This document shows positions 1 to 12,500 of a stretch of DNA of 32,000 nt, piece after piece (positions within the stretch are counted from its first letter, which is position 1; every line of letters begins with the position of its first letter). The translations under genes were made by a program, and so were the position numbers. The notes beneath the pieces were generated by a model. That model worked only from the letters and a program-made list of their open reading frames with translations, ran no database searches and had not been told where the DNA came from. The stretch comes from Candidatus Saccharimonadota bacterium (GTDB taxonomy: Bacteria; Pseudomonadota; Gammaproteobacteria; Burkholderiales; Burkholderiaceae): positions 240,001-272,000 of the forward strand of contig NZ_AP023215.1 in assembly GCF_016593155.1 (NCBI RefSeq), written 5' to 3'.

Positions 1-1
1 T

Positions 2-530
2 GAAATAATAATTGGTATGGTAGAAATGGGGCGTTCACAGGAAATTTTTGAAAATTCTGTTGGTTATTTTATAAATATGTTACCTATACGTATTAATAAT
101 TTAATGTATTCAAAAGAATCATTAAATAAATTTATTAATAGAGTGCAATTTATTATAGCTGACGCAATAGATAATTCGGCTTATCCTTTTTCATTGATGG
201 TTCGTGATTTACGTATAAAATCTAATATTAATTTTTCTCCTATTTTTCAAATTGCTTTTGAATATCAAAATGCATTTTCTAAAAATGATTTATTGGAATT
301 TAATAAGCGTTTTAGAAAAAATTTTTCAATAACCATGATTGAAGAAATTATGCAATTAGGTGAATATGAATTAGTTTTAGAGATTAGAGAGGAAATAGAT
401 AATTTTATTTTAAATTTTAAATATAATCCTACTTTATTTAAGGCATTCACTATTACTCGAATGAGTGAACATATAGTTCATATTATAAAAGAAATAATAA
501 AAAATTCTAATTTAATTATATCAGAATTTT
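2..530 (+). other. NRPS condensation (C) domain, C-terminal part only
   Basis: VGYFINMLPIRIN matches the late C-domain core motif (GxFxNxLPxR type). It sits directly upstream of an A domain, and the N-terminal HHxxxDG part lies off the window. Confidence 0.75.
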
Positions 531-3500
531 CAATTCTATTAGATAAGGAATATAAATTATTAGAAAAATGGAATAAAACTATAGTTGATTATCCAAAAGA
601 ACTTTGTTTTCATCATTTTTTTGAAAAACAAGCACATATTTCCCCAAATTCTATCGCTGTAATTTTTAAGGAAAAAAAATTAACTTATTTTGAATTAAAT
701 GAAAAAAGTAATCAGTTAGCTTACTATCTTTATGATATATGGAAAAAAGATTTATTTCAAAAAAATAAATTAGTTGCTGTATGTGTAAATCGTTCGTTAA
801 ATATGACTATAATCTTTCTTGGTATATCTAAATCTGGAGCATGTTGGTTACCAATAGATCCCTTATATCCAGATGAAAGATTATGTTTTATGTTAAATGA
901 TAGTAAAGTGGATATGATTTTAACAGAAAAAATTCTATTGAAAAGACTACAAAATCTTTCTAATAGAAAAAAAATAAATAACTCTATTGCTATTATTGAA
1001 TTAGATAATATACAAAATAATCTTTTAAGAAATAAATCAACTTTACTTCCTAAGGTTAATTCAAAATCTTTAGCCTATATAATATATACATCTGGAAGTA
1101 CTGGTACTCCTAAAGGGGTTATGGTAAAACATCGTTCGTTAACTAATTTTTTATTATCAATGGCTAATAAACCAGGATTTTCTTCTGAAGATCGTTTATT
1201 ATCAGTAACTACTTATTGTTTTGATATAGCTTATTTGGAATTATTTTTACCATTAATTACTGGTGGTTGTTGTTGTATTTGTCCATCAGAAAAATTAAAT
1301 GATGCGATAGAATTAAAAAAAGAGATTAAAAGATTGCAACCAACTATAATGCAAGCTACTCCATCAACTTGGACTATGCTTTTTTCTTGGAAATGGAAAA
1401 ATACAGAAAATTTAAAAATATTGTGTGGAGGTGAATCCTTGCCATTATTTTTAAATAATAAATTTTTGGAGACTGACAGTGAAGCTTGGAATATGTTTGG
1501 TCCAACTGAAACTACTATTTGGTCTATTATCGCGTGTATTAACACTATAAATAAAAATAATGATTTTTTAAAAAAAAGTAATAATATTTTTATTGGAAAA
1601 CCAATAGCAAATACACAAGTTTTAGTTTTAGATAGCATTGGGAGATTAAGTCCAATAGGTATACCGGGTGAATTATGTATTGGGGGAGATGGATTAGCTA
1701 AAGGTTATTTAAATAATTTATCATTAACTTCTCAAAAATTTATTACTTTTTCTTTTAGGGATAAAATTAGAGTTTATAAAACTGGTGATTTAGTTCGTTG
1801 GTCGGAAAATGGTATGTTAGAATATTTAGGTAGATTAGATCAACAAGTCAAAATTTTAGGATATAGAATTGAGCTTGGTGAAATAGAAAATATTTTAAAC
1901 AAGCATACAAAAATTAAAAAGAGTGTAGTAATTGCTCGTAATCAACAAAATAATAAACAATTGATTGCTTATTATACTAAAAAATACACAGAACAAATTC
2001 CCCCAGAAGAACTAAAAAAATATCTTCAAAAATATTTACCATTTTATATGATTCCAGCTATATTTATAAATATAGCTGATATTCCATTATTAGCTAATGG
2101 TAAAATTAATCGTAATTCATTAATTACTCGTGAAATTATTATTAATCAGGATAATTCGTTAGAGTTAAAAAAAAATATTAAAACTAATAAAATTATTAAT
2201 AATAAGAAAAATGATAATATATTAAAATCAAAGATTCAATATAAATTACTGAATATTTGGTGTGATTTACTAAATATTAAGGGAATAAAAGTTTATGATG
2301 GTTTCTTTTCTATTGGAGGAAATTCAGTATTATCAGTAATATTAGCACAAAAAATTAGTAAAGATTTTAATATTAAATTTTATGCATCGGATCTTTTTAA
2401 ATATTCAACAATAGAGGATATTTCTTTATATATTTGTGATTACTTTCAGCAAAATAATGAGTCAAAAATTATTAATTCAAAAATATCTACATTAAAAAAA
2501 AATCAATCAAAAATTAGAAAAATAGTTTCAGATGATAAAATTGTTAATAGTTTTGATGATTATGAAGATTGTCTTGCTATTATTGGTATTTCTTGTAATG
2601 TACCTGGAGCAAAAAATTATAGAAAATTTTGGAAAAATTTATGCGCAGGAAAAGAAAGTTCTACTAAATTATCATTAGATGTATTACGAAAATTTGGTGT
2701 GCCTAATAATATACTTAATGATAAAAATTTTATACCTATACAATATAATATTGAAGGAAAAGATCTTTTTGATCCAGAATTTTTTAATATTTCCTCTAAA
2801 AATGCTATGTTTATGGATCCACAATTTCGCAAATTATTAGAACATTCTTGGGGTGCGGTAGAAGATTCTGGGTATATTTCTAATCAAATTCCAGAAACAG
2901 CAGTTTTTATGTCAGTTAGTAATAATTTTTATAAAACTTTATTATATAATTCTGAGATGGTTGATAATAAAGATGAATATTCATCATGGATTTTAAATCA
3001 ATCTGGAACTATTTCAACCATGATTTCTTATCAACTTGGATTTAAAGGACCTAGTGTATCAATACATACAAATTGTTCTTCAACATTATCTGGGTTATAT
3101 TTAGCAAAACAGAGTTTACAATTAAATGAAGTAAAATATGCTTTAATTGGTGGTGCTAGTTTATTTCCAATACCAAATATTGGTCATACTTATATACCAG
3201 ATATGAATTTTTCTAGCGATGGTCATTGTAAAGCTTTTGATTTTTCTGCAGATGGTCTTGTTGGAGGGGAAGGTGTTGCCGTAATAATGGTGAGAAAAGC
3301 TATTGATGCTATTAAATCCGGTGATCATATTTATGCAATAGTAAGAGGAATTTGTATAAATAATGATGGATCTGAGAAATCTGGTTTTTATACACCAGGA
3401 ATAAAAGGACAAACAGAAGTTATTACAAAAGTATTAAATAAAACAGGTATTAATCCTTTGAGTATTTCATATATTGAGGCACATGGAACTGGTACAAAAT

Positions 3501-6500
3501 TAGGTGATCCAGCTGAAATTATTGCTTTAAATGATGCATATAAAAAATATACTAATAAAAAACAATTTTGTGGAATTGGTTCTGTGAAGTCAAATATTGG
3601 TCATTTAGATACAGTTTCTGGTTTAATAGGTCTTATTAAGTTAGCGCTTAGTCTAAAATATCACAAAATTCCACCATCAATTAATTATAATAAACCAAAT
3701 CCTGAAATTAAATTTGAATCAACTGCTTTTTATGTTGTTGATCGTTTAATTAAATGGCCGGGTAATAATATACCTCGAGCTGGTATTAGTTCTTTTGGAA
3801 TTGGTGGAACTAATGCGCATGCTATTCTTGAGCAATATAAAATTGCATTAGAAAATAATAATTTTACCAATTTTAAAAATACACAAATTATAATTTTATC
3901 AGCTAAAACTAATATACAATTATTAAAAATTGCTAAAAATTTAAAAAATTATTTAGAAAAAGAAATTATAATTGATTCTCAATATTCTCCTCAAATTAAT
4001 TTAGAAAATATAGCATTTACTTTGCAAACCGGAAGAAAAGCAATGAATTGGCGCGTAGCTTTTGTTGTTAATAGTATAGAAATTTTATTAAATAAATTAA
4101 AAAAATTTATTTCTGGTAAAAATATTTTTGAAAATTATTTTTATGGAAAAATAAAATTTGAAAAACCTATTGTTATTAACAATAATATTAATAATTATCA
4201 AGATTGTGAATATTTTAATAAAATTGCTTCTGATTGGGTTTCTGGTTCTTTATTTGATTGGTTAGAATTACACAAAAATAAAAAATTAAATCGTATTAGT
4301 CTTCCAACATATCCATTTAAAAAAGAACATTATTGGGTTGAAATTCCTAAAAATAAAAAAAAAGAATTTAATTCGCGGGATTATAATTTTTTATATAAAC
4401 CATATTTTTATATTAATAAAAATAAAATCATTGATTACAAAAAAGTTATAATTTCTTATCCGAAATGGTGTGTTCAAAACATCACTTCTTTAGTTAAAAA
4501 TTCTTCGAATTTATATTTTAATAAGTATTTAGTTTTTATATGTGGATTAAATATAGAAAATTTTAATAAAATTAAATCTCAAATGATTGATAGTCAATGT
4601 ATTTCATTACAATTAAATAGTAATGATACATTAATACAACAATATACTGACGTATGTTTAAAAATTTTTAATTATATTAAAAATATTATTTCAGATAATA
4701 TTAATTTAATATTAATACAGTTAATATTAGTAGATCGTCATGCGCAATCTATATTTTATGGGGTAGGAGGATTATTAAAAACAGCACAATTAGAAAATCC
4801 TAATATAATTTCTCAAATTATTGATGTTGGAGATAAAAATACCTCTAAATTTATAATAAAAAAAATAATAGAAAATAGATATTTTTTAAAAGATTTTTTT
4901 ATTCGTTATCGAAAAAATAGAGAAAAAATTATATGGAAAATATTTAATGATTATGACAAAGATAATTTAATTTTACCTTGGAAGGAAGGTGGAATTTATT
5001 TATTTAGTGGAGGAGCAGGAAATCTTGCTTTATTATTTTCCGAAGAAATTATTAATAAACTTAGATCTGTTACATTGATTTTAGTGTATCGATCTAAATT
5101 AACATTAGAGCAAGAAATGCGTATAACTAATCTTAGACATAATAAAAATATTTCTATTATTTTATATAAATATGATGTAAATTTTTTACAAAACGTTAAT
5201 TTAGTAGTACAGGATATTATTAAAAAATTTAAAAAATTAGACGGGGTAATACATTTTTCTGGATCTATTCATGATAACTTTATTCTTAAAAAAAATACAG
5301 AAGAATTTAGAACTGTACTTTATAACAAGATAGCGGGAGCATTTAATTTAGATTACGCAACACGTAATTTAAATATTGATTTTTTTATTCTTTTTTCATC
5401 AATAGCAAGTATTATTGGTAGTGTTGGACAAGCAGATTATTGTGCTGCTAATGGTTTTTTAGATGCTTTTGCTCATGAAAGAAATATTCGTGTAAAACTA
5501 GGAAAAGCAAAAGGAAAAACATTATCTTTAAATTGGCCGCTATGGAAAGATGGTGGTATGCGCATTAATAAAATTAATGAAAATATAGTAGAAGAAAATT
5601 TTGGAATTAAGGCTATAAGCAAAAATTTTGGTTTGATAAGTTTTTATCATAGTTTATTATCAAAGCATGCTCAGATATTAATATTAGAAGGAGATAAAAA
5701 TATTTTAGAAAAATTACTTACATTTAAAAAACCAAACATTAAAGATATAAAAAAAATACCAGAAAAAATATTTAATAATCATAATTATGATTTAAAACAA
5801 AAAATTATTTTTCAATTAAAAATATTATTATCTAAGATACTAAAAACTCCAGTAGAAAAAATTCAATCAACCGAATTAATGGAAAAATATGGAGTTGATT
5901 CGATTGCTATAACTCAAATTAACCATGAATTAGAAAAAATTTTTGGTAATATTTCTAAAACATTATTTTATCAATATCAAACGATTGATGCGTTATCTGA
6001 TTATTTAATTAACTCTTATTCGGATATATGTAGTATATGGGGTAAAAAATTTGAAATTTGTAGTGATTTTTTAGAAAAATCACTAGATATTAATCCTAAT
6101 AAGGAATCAAATAATATTAAAAATTTTCCAGAAAAACAAAAATCTATATTAGCTAATAATTCTTTTTTTATTCCATTACATGAGCCATTATGTATTATTG
6201 GAATTAGTGGTTGTTATCCTAAATCGGATACATTAGATGTTCTTTGGGATAATATAAAAAATGGAAAAAATTGTATTACTGAAATTCCAAAAGATCGTTG
6301 GTCTATAAACAATTTTTTTGAGAAGGATCGTAAAAAAGCCGTTCAAAAAGGAAGGAGTTATAGTAAATGGGGTGGATTTTTAAATGGTTTTGCCGATTTT
6401 GATCCATTATTTTTTAATATTTCTCCTAAAGAAGCACTGGGCATTGATCCCCAGGAACGTTTATTTTTACAATGTGCGTGGCAGGTTTTAGAGGATGCTG

Positions 6501-9500
6501 GACTAACTCGTGAAACTTTATGTAAATTACATTTTAAATCTCTAAAGGAAAAGGAAAAATTTTTTAATCAAATACCTAGGGTTGGTGTTTTTGTTGGTGT
6601 CACAAAAACTGGTTTTGATTTATATGGACCTGAAATTAGAAAAAAAAGAAAAATGGTATTTCCACATACTTCATTTAGTTCTATTGCTAATCGAGTTTCT
6701 TATTTTTTAAATTTAAGCGGCCCAAGTATGCCAATAGATACAATGTGTTCATCTTCATTAACCGCAATTCATGAGGCTTGTCAGCATATTCGACAAGGTG
6801 ACTGTGATATAGCAATTGCTGGTGGTGTTAATTTATATTTACATCCATCAACTTATATCAATCTTTGCTCGTCTTATATGCTATCAAATGATGGAAAGTG
6901 CAGGAGTTTTGGTAAAGGTGGAAATGGTTTTGTGCCTGGAGAAGGTGTTGGTGCGGTATTAATAAAAAGATTATCAAAAGCAATAATAGATAGAGATTTA
7001 ATTCACGCAATAATTCGCGGTAGTAGCATTAATCATGGTGGAAAAACTAATGGTTATACGGTACCAAATCCTAATGCTCAAACAGAATTAATTTATATGA
7101 ATATTAAGAAATCCGGAATTAATGCTCGCGCTATTAGTTATGTTGAAGCACATGGAACTGGAACAGAACTTGGTGATCCAATTGAAATTACTGGATTAAC
7201 TGAAGCATTTCGTAGATATACAATGGATATTAAATTTTGCGGTTTAGGATCAATAAAGTCTAATTTAGGTCATTTAGAAGCTGCAGCTGGGATTGCTGGT
7301 TTAAGTAAAATTCTTTTGCAAATGCGTTATAAAAAATTAGCTCCTACTCTACATGCGCGCGAAATTAATCCAAATATTAATTTAGAAACGTCTCCATTTT
7401 TTATTCAACAAAAATTAGAAAATTGGCCTCGACCAGTTATTAAAATTAACAATAAAAATAAAGAATATCCTAGGATAGCAAGTTTATCATCATTTGGTGC
7501 CGGAGGTTCTAATGCGCATTTATTAGTAGAGGAATATATTTCTGATTTAAATAAAATTAATATTGAAATTAGAAATACTATAAATTTTCCAATAATTATT
7601 TTATTAACAGCAAAGACTAAAGAGTGTCTTAAAAAAGTAGTTATTAATTTTTTAATGTGGCTTAATAAAAAATATAATTTATTTGATAATAATTTTTTAA
7701 AAGATATTGCTTATACACTACAAGTTGGTAGAGAACATATGGAGGAGCGTTTAGGAATAATAATAAAATCAATCGAAGAATTGAGGAATAAATTAAATTA
7801 TTTTTTAAAAGAAAATGTTTATAATTCAAATTTAGGAATTTATAGAGATCAAATAAATATTGATAAAGATTCTTTTTCTATGTTATCAGATGATACAGAA
7901 TTTAAAGAAACTATAAAAAAATGGATTATATTACGTAAATTTAATAAATTATTACCTTTTTGGGTTAAAGGATTAAAAATAGATTGGGAAATATTATATT
8001 TAAATGAAACATATAAACCAAAACGTATTCAATTACCATTATATCCATTTAAAAAGGAGAAATATTGGATTGATTCTATTATTCCGAAAAATAAAAAAAA
8101 TGAAAATTTTCAAAAAAATAATAGTCAAATAAATAATAATAAATTAATAAAATTATTACCGGTATGGGATATCTTAAATACTAAGGAATTAATTAATGAT
8201 TTTAAAATTAATAAATTAAAAAAAATAATAATATTAGGCGGAAATATTGAACAGAAAAAAGAAATAAGTAAATATTATTCTAGAGCATTGGAATTAAATT
8301 CCATTTTAAAAGAGGATATTTTTACTATATCCAATAAATTTAATAATATTAATAAATTTGATCATATTGTATGGATAGTTCCTATTTATGATATTAATAG
8401 TACTTATAAAAATAATGTCATTATACAGTTATTTCGATTAATTAAAGCTCTTTTAAGAGAAGGTTATGCGAATATTAATCTTCAAATTACTATTATTACT
8501 GTACAAGGTTTATTGATATGTGATTATGATGAAATTAATCCAGATCATGCTTCTATACATAGTTTAATAAGTAGTATAGCGCAGGAATATCCTATATGGA
8601 ATATTAAAGCAATAGATATGATAAATAATAATGTTATTAATTGGTCTGTATCATTATGGTATCAATTACTAGAAATTAAAAATATAAGTATTGCTCGTAG
8701 AAAGTATAATTGGTTTTTTCAAAAATTAATTCCACTAAATTTTTATATTTCAAAAGATATTTATTGTAAAAATGGAGTTTATTTAGTTATTGGTGGCGCT
8801 GGAGGGTTAGGGGGTATATGGAGTGAATTTATGATTAAAAATTATGAAGCTAAAATCATATGGATTGGTAGATCTCCTAAAAATAATATTTTACAAGAAA
8901 AAATAGATAATATATCTATTAAATATAATGGAATTTGTCCTATATATATTCAAGCAGATGCACGTAATTCTGATCTTTTATGTTCAATATATCATAAAAT
9001 AAAAAAAGATTTTGATCATATAAATGGTATTGTTGTTTCAACATTAAGTGATTACGATCTTTCGTTTAAAGAAATGTCTGAAGATTTATTTATTAATATT
9101 TTATCAACTAAGCGTGATGTTAGTTTATCTATAGAAAAATGTTTTTATAAAGAGCGACTTGATTTTATTGTTTATTTTTCATCAATGATATCCTTTGAAA
9201 AACCTGGTGGGATGTCAGCTTATGTATCTAGTTGTGTTTTTAGTGATGCGTTCGCAAAAAAATTAAATAAAAAATGGAATTGTGCGGTAAAAACAATTAA
9301 TTGGGGTTATTGGAATACAGGAGGGGGGATAAGAATTTCTAGTGCACTAAAAAAATTAATTGAAAAACGTGGTGTAGAATCGATTAATAAAGAAGAGGGA
9401 ATGAATACATTAAAATTTTTTCTTGGTAATGTAAAAGAATTTCAGCAATCAGCTATAACATGTACTAATCAACCGAAATTTATTAATACTTACTCTAATA

Positions 9501-12500
9501 AAGAATTTGCTATTGTATTACCAAATAATATTTCTAATATAGAAAAAAATATTTTAAATGATTTTCATTCTTTAGAGAACTTAAAGGCCCCATTAAAAAG
9601 CAAGTATACTGAGGAATTAAATTATTGGATTATTCGTTTATTATTTGTGCAATTACAGTTACTTGGAATTTTTAAAGTAAATTGTAATTATTTTAAAAAA
9701 AATAACGCTGTAGATGTAAGAAATAAAGCTGGTATTTTAGATAAATATATGGTTTGGTGGAAAGAAGTTTTAAATATTTTACATGAATATAATTATTTAA
9801 TTACTTATAAAGATATCATATTAGTTAATAAAAATATTTCTAATATAGAGGTGTCATATACCGAAACTTGGAGGAGCTGGAAAAAACGAAAAACATATTT
9901 TTTAGAAAAACCTGAAACTCATACATTAGCAATTTTAGTTAATGATTGTTTAAAAGAATTACCTAAAATTCTTCATGGAGATATCTTAGTAACTGATATT
10001 CTTTTTCCAAACGGTTCTATGGAAAAAATTGAGGGTTTATATAAAAATAATTGTATTTGTGATTATTTTAATGATGTAGTTTCTAGTATTGTGAATTCTT
10101 ATATTAAAAATAAAATAATAAATAATTCAATGGAAGGTATAAAAATTATTGAAATTGGAGCAGGAACTGGTGGTACCACTTCTACTATTTTAAAAAAATT
10201 AGAACCATGGAATAATTATATTAATGAATATTGTTATACAGATATATCAAAATCTTTTTTAAATCATGCATGTAAATTTTATGGATCAAAATATCCTTAT
10301 TTAGTTTATAAATTATGGAATATTGAAAAATCATTAATTTCACAAGATATTAATATTGGTGATTATGATATTGTTATTGCCACTAATGTTCTTCATGCTA
10401 CTAAAAATATACGTAATACTATACGAAATGTAAAAGCTGCATTAAAAATAAATGGTATTTTAATATTAAATGAAATTAGTAATAAAACTATATTTGCGTC
10501 CGTTTTATTTGGTTTAATTGATGGATGGTCTTTAGCGGAAGATACATATTTACGTATCCCAGGAAGTCCCGGGTTATATTCTCAAGATTGGTTTTTATTA
10601 TTACAACAGGAGGGTTATCATAATATATCATTTCCAGTTATTAGAGAACATAAACTTGGTCAACAAATTATTGTTGCATATAGCAATGGAATTATTCGTC
10701 AAGATTCGTCTTTATCAACTCAAAATAATTCATATAAATTAAAAAGTAATCTTCAAAACGAAAATTTTATTGCAGAAAAGAGAATTGATAAATCTGTTTT
10801 AATTAATTTTATTCAGAATTCAATTTTAAATGCTTTATCTGAATCTTTAATGATTCAAATTAATATTATTAAATTAAATATACCTTTTTCAGACTATGGT
10901 ATTGACTCTATATTGGGTGTGAATTTTATTCAGAAAATTAATAATTATTTAAAATTAAAACTTAATACAACTATTTTATTTGATTACACAACAGTCGATA
11001 GTTTAACTCAATATATCATTACTAATTATAAAGAAATTATAGAAAAACAATATCTCTCCACTGTATCAAAAGAAAAATTTGTAAAACCAATTATTAACAC
11101 TAATCAAAATAACGTAAATAAAGATCATATTCATTATTCGTCTTTATCAACTCAAAATAATTCATATAAATTAAAAAGTAATCTTCAAAACGAAAATTTT
11201 ATTGCAGAAAAGAGAATTGATAAATCTGTTTTAATTAATTTTATTCAGAATTCAATTTTAAATGCTTTATCTGAATCTTTAATGATTCAAATTAATATTA
11301 TTAAATTAAATATACCTTTTTCAGACTATGGTATTGACTCTATATTGGGTGTGAATTTTATTCAGAAAATTAATAATTATTTAAAATTAAAACTTAATAC
11401 AACTATTTTATTTGATTACACAACAGTCGATAGTTTAACTCAATATATCATTACTAATTATAAAGAAATTATAGAAAAACAATATCTCTCCACTGTATCA
11501 AAAGAAAAATTTGTAAAACCAATTATTAACACTAATCAAAATAACGTAAATAAAGATCATATTCATTATTCGTCTTTATCAACTCAAAATAATTCATATA
11601 AATTAAAAAGTAATCTTCAAAACGAAAATTTTATTGCAGAAAAGAGAATTGATAAATCTGTTTTAATTAATTTTATTCAGAATTCAATTTTAAATGCTTT
11701 ATCTGAATCTTTAATGATTCAAATTAATATTATTAAATTAAATATACCTTTTTCAGACTATGGTATTGACTCTATATTGGGTGTGAATTTTATTCAGAAA
11801 ATTAATAATTATTTAAAATTAAAACTTAATACAACTATTTTATTTGATTACACAACAGTCGATAGTTTAACTCAATATATCATTACTAATTATAAAGAAA
11901 TTATAGAAAAACAATATCTCTCCACTGTATCAAAAGAAAAATTTGTAAAACCAATTATTAACACTAATCAAAATAACGTAAATAAAGATCATATTCATTA
12001 TTCGTCTTTATCAACTCAAAATAATTCATATAAATTAAAAAGTAATCTTCAAAACGAAAATTTTATTGCAGAAAAGAGAATTGATAAATCTGTTTTAATT
12101 AATTTTATTCAGAATTCAATTTTAAATGCTTTATCTGAATCTTTAATGATTCAAATTAATATTATTAAATTAAATATACCTTTTTCAGACTATGGTATTG
12201 ACTCTATATTGGGTGTGAATTTTATTCAGAAAATTAATAATTATTTAAAATTAAAACTTAATACAACTATTTTATTTGATTACACAACAGTCGATAGTTT
12301 AACTCAATATATCATTACTAATTATAAAGAAATTATAGAAAAACAATATCTCTCCACTGTATCAAAAGAAAAATTTGTAAAACCAATTATTAACACTAAT
12401 CAAAATAACGTAAATAAAGATCATATTCATTATTCGTCTTTATCAACTCAAAATAATTCATATAAATTAAAAAGTAATCTTCAAAACGAAAATTTTATTG

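Noticed and set aside
17-19. The ATG at nt 17 as the true start of the giant ORF
   Set aside because: The same frame is open back to nt 2 at the window edge. The first about 170 aa are the C-terminal part of an NRPS condensation domain, so the gene begins upstream of the window.
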